From contig OZ244960.1 of NCBI GenBank assembly GCA_965222605.1, positions 4,576,001 to 4,640,000 on the forward strand: DNA of 64,000 nt. The letters run 5' to 3'. The notes below the pieces were generated by a model. It made no database searches, was not told where the DNA came from, and was given only the letters and a program-made list of their open reading frames with translations. The DNA comes from Candidatus Latescibacterota bacterium. Its GTDB lineage: Bacteria > Latescibacterota > UBA2968. The stretch's first letter is position 1; each line of letters opens with the position of its first letter. Shown piece after piece: positions 46,375-56,814 of the stretch. A program made the translations under genes and the position numbers.

Positions 46375-47817
46375 TCAGTACATATTGTCTTTTGTCGTGA
46401 TTGGGCACCAGCGGGAATTGAATAGGGTGTGGAACAAAATATCTCGCGCAGCAGGTGTGCCGATCTGCTGCAATACATAAGCAGCGTAAAAGCGGTTGTA
46501 GCGATTTTCGTCTTCGAGCATTGGTGCCAATGCTTCAATCGCAATATCGCTCAATTCCCCGCATTTCGCCAGGGTGAGGGCTGCATTGCGGCGCACGCGA
46601 TAGTCTTCATCGCCAAGTGCCTGTGTCAGATCAGAGATTAGTTCTGGAAAAAAATCACCGATTGCGCCCAAAGCCTCGATCGCATTGCGACGCACCCACC
46701 AGTGATGGTCATTTATCGCGGTTCTCAAAGCGGGTTGAGATGCTATTGCGCCCGCGCCTATCCGTCCCAATATATTGGCAGCAACCGCCCGCACCCACCA
46801 GTGATTGTCTGATAATGTTTCTGTCAGAGCTGCTACCGCGGGTTTTCCTGTGGACGCGAGGGATAGAGCTGCGCATCCGCTCGTGGGATTTGTTCCATGG
46901 GCATTGTCCGGTGTTTTGGCTTCTGTTTCCTCAATTGTTGCGAGTGTTTCTTCTCCCATGGCGGCGATGAGTTCAGGTACGGCTTTTTCGCCACACTCAG
47001 CGAGTTTATATGCCGCTTCCAACCGTTCACTTTCCGACCCGTCCTTCAGGACGCGAATCAAATTTTTCAGATTGTTCTCTGGCGTGTCGCATTCTTTCTG
47101 TGTATTTCCGCACATCCAGTCCCATACGTCTTTTGATATGGCCGGATGCCGATCTTCAATGCCCGGCGACCACGCGCGACTCTGGTGGTCCCAGGTGGGT
47201 TTTTGCGGTTCTTGGGTGCGTGCAAATTGAAATTTCAACATATACCGATTTTTATTGCTGATATTTTCGGTTGCGCGGTGCCAGGAATCGAAGTGAATAA
47301 GTGCTATAGTGCCCGCAGGTCCGCAAAATGCGTGCGCTTTTTCTTGTGTTTGTGTGGGATCTACATCGCTAATGGTTTTATATATTTGCATGCCGGGCAA
47401 TACGCCCGAAGGCCCCATGTCTTCAGTCGTATCCTGTGGATAATAAAAAGCGAGCACCCAGTAGAATCTTGGGTGCCGCAAATTGTGATCATATACATAA
47501 CAGTCTTTATGCCATCGCTGTCCGTTTCGTCCCGGGGGATTCAGGTGACAGTGTCGATGAGGGTTCAAAATGTATCCCGGTCCCAGTAAGCTGGTGAGTG
47601 CCCCTTTTACGTTGGGGTGTTCAAAGACCTGTCCGATTTGCGGTATCCGGGGCAAGATGTTGTTGCCGGGATTGCCCTCTTGTTGAAAGACTGTCTCTAT
47701 CTGGTCGTAGATATTCGCGTGGAATGAGGATGGATAATCCGCGTGAACTGTCATGCATCCATCTACGATAAATCGCTGTACCTCTTCATCGCTCAACAAC
47801 CGCATTGAATCAGCCAT
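46375..47817 (-). CDS. PhyH-like dioxygenase fused to HEAT repeats
   Basis: WHKD, SWHRA; VR..AA..LG HEAT repeats. Confidence 0.85.
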   Translation of the reverse strand: MADSMRLLSDEEVQRFIVDGCMTVHADYPSSFHANIYDQIETVFQQEGNPGNNILPRIPQIGQVFEHPNVKGALTSLLGPGYILNPHRHCHLNPPGRNGQRWHKDCYVYDHNLRHPRFYWVLAFYYPQDTTEDMGPSGVLPGMQIYKTISDVDPTQTQEKAHAFCGPAGTIALIHFDSWHRATENISNKNRYMLKFQFARTQEPQKPTWDHQSRAWSPGIEDRHPAISKDVWDWMCGNTQKECDTPENNLKNLIRVLKDGSESERLEAAYKLAECGEKAVPELIAAMGEETLATIEETEAKTPDNAHGTNPTSGCAALSLASTGKPAVAALTETLSDNHWWVRAVAANILGRIGAGAIASQPALRTAINDHHWWVRRNAIEALGAIGDFFPELISDLTQALGDEDYRVRRNAALTLAKCGELSDIAIEALAPMLEDENRYNRFYAAYVLQQIGTPAARDILFHTLFNSRWCPITTKDNMY

Positions 47818-47828
47818 GGTGGGCCTCC

Positions 47829-48689
47829 TCAACCAAAAATTTCCAAAAATTTTGCAACGCTCGCTCTGAACCCGTCTTCAAAAGTGCCGCCTTCGGGGCG
47901 ATAGACGCTTTCGTAAGAAATCGCGCCCGCATATCTATCGCGTTTGAGCGCGTTTGCAATGGGTTCCAGATATGGTCCCACATCGCCTTCACCCAGGGGA
48001 TAGAATCCAACAGTCGCGCGCGCAATATCGGCTTTTGCATCTTTGATGTGAATATGGCCGATATAATCGCGAATTTCATTGTAGGCATCGGGGAAGGGGA
48101 CGTCTGTACAATACATCGTATTGGGAATATCCCATAGTAGCTTGAGGTGAGAACTACCCAATTCGTCGATCAACTTTCGCGCCAGAAATCCCGATGTAAT
48201 CATGGCATTATTACCCGTTTCAACGACGAGTGTCACGCCTTCTTCTTCGGCAATTTGAACGGGTACAGCCATCAGTTTTACCAGTTTATCCCAGGCACCA
48301 GCCGTTACAATCCAATCCTCTGCGCCGTTGTACCCAAAAAGTATCATCTCTTTTTTACAACCCATAATTCTGACAATATTTGTCCCGAGGGTTTTGGCAA
48401 GGGCGATGCACCGCCGCAATCCCGATACATGATCTTCAAATGCGGCATCTCCCACCTCGGTCTGCAATACGGGCAAGCCGCCAAAAATGTGTCGCGAAAT
48501 GCACGAGACTTCCATGTCGTGCTGATCCAGTAGTGCCTTCATGCGCGCCACTTGCTCGGCGTCGTGGTCCCCTACTTCCCGATCCCATACAAACTGGAGT
48601 TCTGGATATCTCAGTCCGTATTCCGCCATGACATTCAAAGCGCGTTCAAAATCTCTGCTGATTCCATCTGTAATTACACCGAGTTTCAC
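47829..48689 (-). CDS. Sugar phosphate isomerase/epimerase (TIM barrel)
   Basis: LVVETG, WDIPN, HIHIKD, ISYE. Confidence 0.85.
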   Translation of the reverse strand: MKLGVITDGISRDFERALNVMAEYGLRYPELQFVWDREVGDHDAEQVARMKALLDQHDMEVSCISRHIFGGLPVLQTEVGDAAFEDHVSGLRRCIALAKTLGTNIVRIMGCKKEMILFGYNGAEDWIVTAGAWDKLVKLMAVPVQIAEEEGVTLVVETGNNAMITSGFLARKLIDELGSSHLKLLWDIPNTMYCTDVPFPDAYNEIRDYIGHIHIKDAKADIARATVGFYPLGEGDVGPYLEPIANALKRDRYAGAISYESVYRPEGGTFEDGFRASVAKFLEIFG

Positions 48690-48707
48690 AAGTGATCTCC
48701 TTACGCC

Positions 48708-49592
48708 TCACCGCTTTTTCACTTCAATACCTAACATCTTTTCAAAAATTTTGATAATCGCCCAGTTCGCTTCTTCGGGGTTCACGCTGATACCGGCTTG
48801 AAACCACTCCGCAGCCGATGAGAGGGTGAACAGGGGTACACCGCATTCGCGTCCCAGTGTTTTAGCAATTCCGAGGTCTTTGTACATTGTGCCAATGCGG
48901 CTTTGGCCCGCAAAATTTCTTTCCATGATGTTTTGCGTTGTGTCCCGAAATAAAAAGCTGCCGACTACACTTGTGTTGATGACTTCGTAGAGGGTCTCGG
49001 GTTTTACGCCGGCTTTTACACCCAGTGCCAGGGTTTCGAAAATGCCCGCATAGGTTACGCCCGTCAAGACGGCCAGACACGCTTTCACGGTTTGTCCCGC
49101 TCCGATCTCTTCGCCAACGTGGTAGATATTTTCTCCGACTGCGTTGAGAACTTCTTTGGCTTCCTCAAAAACATCCTGTTGCGCTGCGACCATCATTGTC
49201 AGTGTGCCAGCCGCTGCGCCGGGTGCGCCACCGCTTACCGGGGCGTCTATGACGCGGATACCCTTTTCCTCCAGCGATTGCGAGACTTCGATTAACTCTG
49301 AACGCAAGATGGTTGCGGTGCAGATAAATGTCGATCCCGGTTTCATGCTGTCCAACAAGCCACCGTTTAAGATCGCCTTAATTTGGTCGCCGTTCATGAC
49401 CATGACGAATACAAAGTCTGATCGCGCGCCCACTTCGCCCAAATTTTTGGCCGCATAAGCTCCCCGATCGACAAATGGTTCCAATTGTTCGGGTCGCAAA
49501 TCATATACGACAAGCTCATGTCCGTTCTTCAAGATATTTTCAGCCATCCCACTGCCCATATCCCCGATACCGATCAACCCAACACGCGCCAT
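48708..49592 (-). CDS. Beta-hydroxyacid dehydrogenase family NAD(P)-dependent oxidoreductase
   Basis: GLIGIGDMG, DAPVSGG, KDL. Confidence 0.9.
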   Translation of the reverse strand: MARVGLIGIGDMGSGMAENILKNGHELVVYDLRPEQLEPFVDRGAYAAKNLGEVGARSDFVFVMVMNGDQIKAILNGGLLDSMKPGSTFICTATILRSELIEVSQSLEEKGIRVIDAPVSGGAPGAAAGTLTMMVAAQQDVFEEAKEVLNAVGENIYHVGEEIGAGQTVKACLAVLTGVTYAGIFETLALGVKAGVKPETLYEVINTSVVGSFLFRDTTQNIMERNFAGQSRIGTMYKDLGIAKTLGRECGVPLFTLSSAAEWFQAGISVNPEEANWAIIKIFEKMLGIEVKKR

Positions 49593-50147
49593 GTTTTTTC
49601 CTTTCCCTTTTAAATTTAGCTTGCTAACAAAAAATAAGACACTAAACTTCGTTGGTCAAACTTACACTTCAGGAGATTTACAATGGACAATATACATCTG
49701 AGATGGTGGGGGTGTGGTGCTTTCGATATTCTCGCAGGCGATACCAATATCGCCATTGATCCGTATCTTTTCGGTGATAATCTAAAAAATGCCGAGCCCA
49801 TTTACGATTATATTTTTATCAGCCACGAACATTTTGACCACTGTCACCCTAAGACCCTGACGAAATTGTGTCAGGGAGATCGCTTCAAAAAACTCTTTGT
49901 CAATATCGGTTGTATGACTCCAAACGAACCTGTTGACGAAAATTATGGCGACGCGGCTTTTTCTCGGGATTTGCCCATCAGCAAGCATATACCCGAAGAA
50001 AAAATCCAGGTGCTCTATCCCAAATATCGCACCGATGACGCGCGCACTTTTCCCGGACCCTTTGCGTGCGACCTGGGCGCTGTGCACGTAGAAGCTGTTG
50101 AAAGTGGTGAAAATGCGCGGCCCGATTTACCCACCTGCGGTTACTTA

Positions 50148-51048
50148 ACCTTTGGTGCTAGTAGATAAGAAGTTGTAAGTCGCCAGAAGTTTACCTATGC
50201 TGAATGAGTTAGCACCTCATTCATTCACAGCAGGGAGGTAAACTTCATGACGACTGAAATGCTGATCATTGACCTGTTCTGTCGGGTAGATGATCAAACG
50301 CAAGACCTTGAGAAACATCCTCAAGCCAAGCTCTATCCCAGCGAAGTCATCACGTTGGCCTTGCTTTTTGCGATTAAAGGGGTGGGCAATCGCGCCTATT
50401 ATGATTGGCTGATAAACGATTGGCAGCACCTGTTTCCTAACTTACCTCATCGCACGCGCTTGTTTCGCCTCTTTTTAAGGCATCAACACGCCACAAGCCG
50501 ATTTTTAGCCGAAAAGAGCGTGTTGGGCATCATTGATAGCTATGGCATTGAGTTGATTCATCCGATCCGAGAAGGCAGAAGTCCTGCTCAGATCGGGAAG
50601 AAAGGCAAATCGAATTATCGCTGGATTGTCGGTGGCAAGCTCTGTCTGTTGATCAATCAATGGGGTCTCATCGTGGATTGGGACTGTCAGACAGCTAATG
50701 TTCACGATACCACCTTCCACCATCTCATCAAGCAGGTGCAATCAGACATGGTCGTCTTTGCCGATGTCGGCTTTCAAAAAGCGCAAGACAACCCAGAAAA
50801 CTTAAAAATCTGTCCGCGTGGCACTTGGAATGAGCGCATGGTGGTTGAAACCATCTTATCTATGATGACGCTCGTGTGGCATTTTAAGAAAGTCATGCAT
50901 CGGGTCTGGAGCTATTTTGCAATGCGATTGGCTTTTACCATGGCCGCCTTCAATATCTTGGTACAATGGCAGGGCTTTAAACCCGATGAAGATGGGTTCA
51001 TTAACCTTGCCATCGCACACTTCAGAATATAACACTAGCACCAAAGGT
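50148..51048 (+). mobile_element. IS982-like insertion sequence (901 bp)
   Basis: Perfect 15-bp IRs ACCTTTGGTGCTAGT; TACTTA target duplication (an 8-bp TTACTTAA duplication with 14-bp IRs also fits). Confidence 0.9.
50247..51032 (+). CDS. DDE transposase, IS982-like
   Basis: L.PSEVITL, IIDS, ANVHD, ADVGF, R..VET. Confidence 0.88.
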   Translation: MTTEMLIIDLFCRVDDQTQDLEKHPQAKLYPSEVITLALLFAIKGVGNRAYYDWLINDWQHLFPNLPHRTRLFRLFLRHQHATSRFLAEKSVLGIIDSYGIELIHPIREGRSPAQIGKKGKSNYRWIVGGKLCLLINQWGLIVDWDCQTANVHDTTFHHLIKQVQSDMVVFADVGFQKAQDNPENLKICPRGTWNERMVVETILSMMTLVWHFKKVMHRVWSYFAMRLAFTMAAFNILVQWQGFKPDEDGFINLAIAHFRI

Positions 51049-51478
51049 TACTTAATCACATATATCGAGAAAGATATCTCGTTCTACCATACCGGGGATC
51101 TTCACGCGACCTACCCCGCGCTGGGCAATCTGAAAGGCCGCGTGGATTATCTCATCCACATGAAAACTGGGCTGAAGAACTGGCCTGTTTTTGCACATCT
51201 GCTCGATCTGGTCCAGCCTCGTTTTTTGATCCCAACTCATTATCGAACAGATCGCAAAACCGATCCTATTCCAGAAGGACATTGGCCTCCCGATGTTACG
51301 GATGTGAATGCTTTTATCGAGAGCATCCGCGAACACGCCAGTGACCGAACCCAAATTTTGCCCTTTACTGCCGGCGTCCAGTACGAGATTGAATTGCCCG
51401 ATAAAAAAGTTGTGTGGGCGTGGGATTGGCACAATACATGGACTGTGCCCCCGTGGCGAGAGGGATAGGGCTCTGGTT

Positions 51479-52231
51479 TTACATGCGATCTTTCAACTGA
51501 TATGCAATCGCGTAAAATGCCATTGTTTTACCCGTTCGATTTGGCTCGCTTCGGTGCCAGGTATAATTTGTGAAGAAGAGGCCATCACCCGGTTTCATCT
51601 CGACCAGGACTTCATTGGTATAATCGATCTGGTCCAGGGGGATGCGGTGGCGCTTAAAGGGTTCATAAGTTACACGAGATTTTCTGAACATTGGCGGATC
51701 GTCGTAATAAGATTCGTGTGGCACGAGTCCCCAACCAATATGGCTGCGCGGCATGACCGATAATGCGATGGCGTCTTTTCCGACTTCTTGCATGGGGATC
51801 CAGCAATTGCAGCCCAATTCCGGATCGATTTTCCAGTACCACGAATCCTGGTGGAAATAACTGCGTCCACCCTGCTCAGTATCAATCCATCCGTGTTTAA
51901 CCCCAATCTGATCTGTAAAGAGTTCCACAGCGCCGCCCAAAACTCCCGCCATTGCATTTGCCATATTGTTGTGTTCTGCAACAATGGCAAATACCGCCTC
52001 TTCCAGGCCCGGACGTTGAATGCCTTTGGGCAATGGATCGCCTGAAGCGGCGCGATATATTTCGGGATTGAGAACTTGAAATCTGCCTTTTTTCCAATCT
52101 GGCGGATGATCTATTATTTTTCGTACTCGCGCCCAGGCGTTCGCCATGAGATCAGCAGGGATCAATCCCTTCACATGGCAGTATCCTTCTTCTTTATACT
52201 GTTGGATATGTTGTTCGGTGACAGTGCTCAT
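51479..52231 (-). CDS. Phytanoyl-CoA dioxygenase (PhyH) family
   Basis: FHQD, CWIP, GD.LFF...WHRS.PN. Confidence 0.9.
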   Translation of the reverse strand: MSTVTEQHIQQYKEEGYCHVKGLIPADLMANAWARVRKIIDHPPDWKKGRFQVLNPEIYRAASGDPLPKGIQRPGLEEAVFAIVAEHNNMANAMAGVLGGAVELFTDQIGVKHGWIDTEQGGRSYFHQDSWYWKIDPELGCNCWIPMQEVGKDAIALSVMPRSHIGWGLVPHESYYDDPPMFRKSRVTYEPFKRHRIPLDQIDYTNEVLVEMKPGDGLFFTNYTWHRSEPNRTGKTMAFYAIAYQLKDRM

Positions 52232-52241
52232 CCTTTCCCTT

Positions 52242-53042
52242 TCAGTCGCTTACCCAGTGTCGGAACAGGGGTTTCACGTTTTCTGGCAATTCCTCGTAAA
52301 CTCGGCGCGGTACGAGTTCTTGATCGTTTTCGGTCAAGCCGGTCTCATCCACCATCATTTTTCGCTCTTCAGACCCCGGCAGTAATACGCGCGTGTTCAA
52401 CCACCATGGAGCATAGCGAACGACAACAGACACGCGATCCTTTTGCGATTGATTGGGGGCGGTTGCGTGCCATATCCGACTGTCCAGCACGAGGACGCTT
52501 CCGGCAGGACCCGTTGCATTTATCTCGGTTAGATAAGGCGCGAGGGGATTCACATCTACATTTCCGGTTGGATTATCCGCCCATCGGTGACTGCTCGGCA
52601 CGATCAAGGTGCCGCCATTCTCACGGGTAAAGGGCGATAACATCCACAGGGTTGTGATATGCATTACTGCATCTGGATAGGGTGCAGGCACATGCGCGGC
52701 GTTTATCTGATTAAACGGCCAGTCTGCATGCCACCTGCCCCGCGGGTTGCCCGGCCGGTTGATGGTCGCTGTTGTAAAAGACACTTTAATAAACGAACCC
52801 AAAAGTGCTTCAAGAAGAGCCATTAACCTTGCATCGACGAGATAGGGCGCAAGGGATTGGTCGTAGCGTATAAATCCTGGCACATGTCCGATTCCCTGTT
52901 CTGCGGCCTGCGCTCTGCTGTGTATTTCGGTCGAATGCGATACATGATCGCGTATTGCATCTACCTCATCTTCTGGGATCACGCCTTCTACCACACACCA
53001 GCCGTCTCTGCGGATTCGGTTCAGATTGGTATTTAGACTCAT
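52242..53042 (-). CDS. Phytanoyl-CoA dioxygenase (PhyH) family
   Basis: WHAD, FTRENGGT..VP.SH, WHA..PN. Confidence 0.9.
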   Translation of the reverse strand: MSLNTNLNRIRRDGWCVVEGVIPEDEVDAIRDHVSHSTEIHSRAQAAEQGIGHVPGFIRYDQSLAPYLVDARLMALLEALLGSFIKVSFTTATINRPGNPRGRWHADWPFNQINAAHVPAPYPDAVMHITTLWMLSPFTRENGGTLIVPSSHRWADNPTGNVDVNPLAPYLTEINATGPAGSVLVLDSRIWHATAPNQSQKDRVSVVVRYAPWWLNTRVLLPGSEERKMMVDETGLTENDQELVPRRVYEELPENVKPLFRHWVSD

Positions 53043-53057
53043 GGCACATCCATTTTT

Positions 53058-54149
53058 TTATACGTCAAACATGATGATCTGCCGCGCGACTTCGCCTGAG
53101 AGCAGGGCATTGAATGCATTGTCAATATCATCTAAGGAAATATTGTGTGAGATCATTTCGTCGAGTTTGAGATTGCCCCTGAGATACATATCCACATACC
53201 GCGGCATATCCACGCGAAAGCGATTGGATCCCATGCTCGATCCCTGAATTTTGCGCTCACGCAAGAAGTTTTTCCCCGTCAGCTCAATTTTAACGCCTTC
53301 GGGAATCATGCCAATAATCGTGGCGGTGCCGCCTTCTTCAAGCATATAAAAACACTGTTCCGCGGTCTGTTTCAATCCCACCGCTTCAAAAGAGTACGCT
53401 ACGCCTTTTCCGCCGGTCAGATCCATTATTTGCTCAACGGGGTCGCCGTCATTCGCATTGACCAGGTCTGTCGCGCCCAATTCCCGGGCGAGTTGCAGCT
53501 TGGAAGAAACTGTATCTACTGCAATAATACGCCCTGCGCCACCTATTCGCGCACCCTGCACAGCACTCAGTCCAATGCCACCACATCCGACAACGGCTAC
53601 TGTGCTGCCCGCCTCTACTTTGGCGGTATTGAGCGCGGCGCCAACACCGGTTGTCACACCACATCCGATCAGGGCTGCTTTGTCCAGTGGCATGTCTTCG
53701 CGCACTTTGCATACTGCATTTTCGTGTACCAGCAACTGTTCTGCATAAGAGGCGAGGTTCGCAAACTGAAAGAACGCTTGTCCATCTTGGGACAGGCGCG
53801 GTTTATCTGTCTCTTTGCGCTGGGTCGATTCTCTGTCTTCACATAGATTTGGGCGTCCAGTTGTACAGTAGCGACAATGCCCACAAAAAACCGACAGACA
53901 CGTAATCACATGGTCGCCGGGTTTTGTGTATGTCACATCTGGGCCAACAGCCTCTACAATACCCGCCGACTCATGGCCGAGCACCACGGGCATCGGACAG
54001 GTATAAAGCCCCTGCTGAAAATGAACATCGCTGTGACAAACTCCCGCCGCGGCGGTGCGAATTAAAACCTCGCGCCCGATTGGATCGGCAATTTCGACAT
54101 CTTCTACACTTATTGGCTGATGTGCTTCGCGCAAAACAGCAGCTTTCAT
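53058..54149 (-). CDS. Zn-dependent alcohol dehydrogenase
   Basis: CHSD, GHESAG, CGHC.YC, GCGGIG. Confidence 0.93.
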   Translation of the reverse strand: MKAAVLREAHQPISVEDVEIADPIGREVLIRTAAAGVCHSDVHFQQGLYTCPMPVVLGHESAGIVEAVGPDVTYTKPGDHVITCLSVFCGHCRYCTTGRPNLCEDRESTQRKETDKPRLSQDGQAFFQFANLASYAEQLLVHENAVCKVREDMPLDKAALIGCGVTTGVGAALNTAKVEAGSTVAVVGCGGIGLSAVQGARIGGAGRIIAVDTVSSKLQLARELGATDLVNANDGDPVEQIMDLTGGKGVAYSFEAVGLKQTAEQCFYMLEEGGTATIIGMIPEGVKIELTGKNFLRERKIQGSSMGSNRFRVDMPRYVDMYLRGNLKLDEMISHNISLDDIDNAFNALLSGEVARQIIMFDV

Positions 54150-54169
54150 GGTAAACCTCCCGTTGTTAT

Positions 54170-55699
54170 TTATCGGCTTTCTTCTTCCCAGCGGCGAATC
54201 ACAATTTTGGGATCGAAATAGGTGTTGTTCGGATAGAAATCGGGTAGCGATGTGCGATCCCCTTGTCTTGCACCTTCCAGATGTAATAGTGCGAGTGGTA
54301 GCGCGGTATCGATATTTGATTCTCCTTCCCGACTATCTGAAACAATCAAGCCATTTACCTGATATTGCCGCAGCAATCGCTCTCCAAGAGAGGTGGCAGA
54401 CTGCAATATCGCATCATCACCCGTTACCGAGTGGAGTTCTAATAAACCAAATAACGCGCATGCATCGTTCTGTCCTTTGTTTACCCACGCTTCATCACTT
54501 GCAGGTGAACCGCCAGATCCAAAATCCACAGGCGTGTTTAAGTCGCCCCACCCCATTCCCTGTGCTAAAGAAAACGCCATCTCTCGAAAACGCGCAATGC
54601 CGGTCAGGTGGTATGCCCGCGCGTAAGACAAGAACATCAGTCCATTCGCAGGTACTTTTCTCAGCTTTGTGGGCGGACAATAGCCGACCCCTTTATTGCT
54701 GTTTTCGGGATAGAGGCGGGTGCCGTCATTGATTGCGGGATAAAAGCTGTGGTCGTTGATATTATAACAGTGAGTTGCCAGTGCCTCTAAATCCGCGGTT
54801 ACCACATCGAGAAATGCTTTGCCTTTTTTTTCGCCCAGGACCCTCGCCGCATTGAGGAAGGTGACAGCGGCTCTCCCGTATCGAACTTGAATCACGCCAT
54901 TGGTGATAATTGTTACTTCGTTGACATCTGTTCGTTCGCTAAACGGCGGTTTGAACGACTCCCGCACCCGACAGGGATCGCGGTGATTAAATTGATACCC
55001 CGCTAACCCCGCTTCGGGATGTCGGATTTGATCGTAGCGCGAGAGTAGATGGTTTGCCCATCTCAAAGGCGTTTTATCGCCCGAAAGCGCGTGTAGCATT
55101 GCCCCGTTCAAGATTAAATCGCTTCCCGTATTGACAAAAGAAAGCGCGGTGTTCTCCACAATTGGCAACGGGCCTCCTTCAAATTCTGCATCCCATTTCT
55201 CTACCCATGTCTCGTAAATTCCGTGTCTATTAAAGAGCAAGGTGGGCCAATCCCAGATATGCGCGTGCCAGACCGCCTTGACAAAGCGACGCATGCGCTC
55301 GGGATGAACTTTATAGAGATACGCATAATGCGGATAGACGCACTTCATTTCGTGATTGCCCAGCACTGGCGCATCTGTCAACAGATCGTAACTCGTATGT
55401 CCGCCCCAGTAGAACAGGTCGGATTCTGGGTCGTGAATTTTATCCAGCGCAGAGCTAATCCAGTCATTCGCTTGATTGTGGTATTTGTCGTTTCCTGTCA
55501 GTGTTCCCAATGCATCCAGTGCCCGCAAAAAATTCTGCTGACACGCGAGGTTGGAAAGCATATTTCCTTCCCAAATTAGCGGCTGTGTGGTCGATAGATC
55601 GAGTCCATCTGCGAGCAGTGCACCGTTTTTGTGTGTACAGCGCGCAAATACCTCCTGTACGTGTTTATCTACCGCATCGATAAATTTTGACGATTCCAT
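54170..55699 (-). CDS. Polysaccharide lyase family 2 (PelW-like), no signal peptide
   Basis: LLADG, SNLA.QQN.LR.L, YWGGH, HE.K...P.Y, FNRHG, LSFVN.G.DL. Confidence 0.75.
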   Translation of the reverse strand: MESSKFIDAVDKHVQEVFARCTHKNGALLADGLDLSTTQPLIWEGNMLSNLACQQNFLRALDALGTLTGNDKYHNQANDWISSALDKIHDPESDLFYWGGHTSYDLLTDAPVLGNHEMKCVYPHYAYLYKVHPERMRRFVKAVWHAHIWDWPTLLFNRHGIYETWVEKWDAEFEGGPLPIVENTALSFVNTGSDLILNGAMLHALSGDKTPLRWANHLLSRYDQIRHPEAGLAGYQFNHRDPCRVRESFKPPFSERTDVNEVTIITNGVIQVRYGRAAVTFLNAARVLGEKKGKAFLDVVTADLEALATHCYNINDHSFYPAINDGTRLYPENSNKGVGYCPPTKLRKVPANGLMFLSYARAYHLTGIARFREMAFSLAQGMGWGDLNTPVDFGSGGSPASDEAWVNKGQNDACALFGLLELHSVTGDDAILQSATSLGERLLRQYQVNGLIVSDSREGESNIDTALPLALLHLEGARQGDRTSLPDFYPNNTYFDPKIVIRRWEEESR

Positions 55700-55863
55700 G
55701 ATCGATCTCCTTGTGTTGGTCAAAACAATTATAGCTCCAACAGACCAAATATCAAAGTGCTCTTACATCCGCTCAACAATCGACTTGACATTGTTTGCCA
55801 CAGCAAGCATAAATGGAATAGTGGCTTTTGCCTTTTTTTATTTACTACTTTTGGAGGAATCAT

Positions 55864-56814
55864 ATGTTAAAAGCCGGATTTATTGGAGCTGGGGGTCGCA
55901 GTCAGGGCGCGCATTATCCAAATGTTCATCGCCTGGAGCAAGATGTCGAGATGTGCGCGGTTTGCGAGCTCGATGAAGAACGCCTGAATCAGGTAGCAAC
56001 AAAATACGAGTTTCCGCAAGTATATACAGACCACAGAAAGATGCTCGGCGAAGCCGACCTCGATGTCATCTATTGCGTTATGAATGAGAAATGGATCTTG
56101 CAAACCGCTATTGATTGCATGAATGCGGGCAAACACATTTTTATTGAAAAGCCACCCGGCGCCAATCTCGAAGAGACCGAGCAATTGCTCGAAGCAGCCG
56201 TGTCCAATAATGTGTTCGCTATGGTCGGGTTCCAGCGTCGCTACACAGCGGTCACGCGCGAAGCCATGCGCCTTGTGGCAGAAAAAGGCCCTGTCTCATC
56301 TATCGTGACGACATTCAATAAGCAAATGCTCGGTGGCGATGGCAAAGAATTTACCTCTACACTGTGGAATGATGTCTGCCATATTGTCGATCTCACGCGC
56401 TATATGGCGGGGAGTGAACCCGTGGAAGTGACCGCGTATCAGGACAAATTTGGCGGGGAAAGCTATAATAATTACACGGCTCTCATACACTTTGAAAATA
56501 ACGCTACCGGCGTCATTTTGGGCAATCGCGCTTCTGGTGGGCGCGTGCTGCGCTCAGAACTGCACGGCGTAGGGATTGGATGTTATATGAAAATTCCCCA
56601 GGAGATCGAGATTCACGAAGACAACCGGGTGCGTACCCTGGGGGGATGGGAAATCGATGGGGGGGAGGAGGAAGATGTCGCCAGTTACGAGGGTGTCTTG
56701 ACGATGCACCAGCATTTTGTCGATTGCATCAACAACAACGAAGTGCCTCATAATGACTTGCGAGATGTTATCCACTCCATCCGCCTGGTGGATCAACTCG
56801 AAGCCAAAGAGTAA
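55864..56814 (+). CDS. Gfo/Idh/MocA-family oxidoreductase
   Basis: IGAGG, GKHIFIEKP, VGFQRRY. Confidence 0.9.
   Translation: MLKAGFIGAGGRSQGAHYPNVHRLEQDVEMCAVCELDEERLNQVATKYEFPQVYTDHRKMLGEADLDVIYCVMNEKWILQTAIDCMNAGKHIFIEKPPGANLEETEQLLEAAVSNNVFAMVGFQRRYTAVTREAMRLVAEKGPVSSIVTTFNKQMLGGDGKEFTSTLWNDVCHIVDLTRYMAGSEPVEVTAYQDKFGGESYNNYTALIHFENNATGVILGNRASGGRVLRSELHGVGIGCYMKIPQEIEIHEDNRVRTLGGWEIDGGEEEDVASYEGVLTMHQHFVDCINNNEVPHNDLRDVIHSIRLVDQLEAKE

Larger units (their letters stand above)
49683..51468 (+). pseudogene. MBL-fold metallo-hydrolase interrupted by an IS
   Basis: SHEHFDH in the 5' half; removing the IS restores CGYLITY...YHTGD...IPTHY. Confidence 0.92.
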
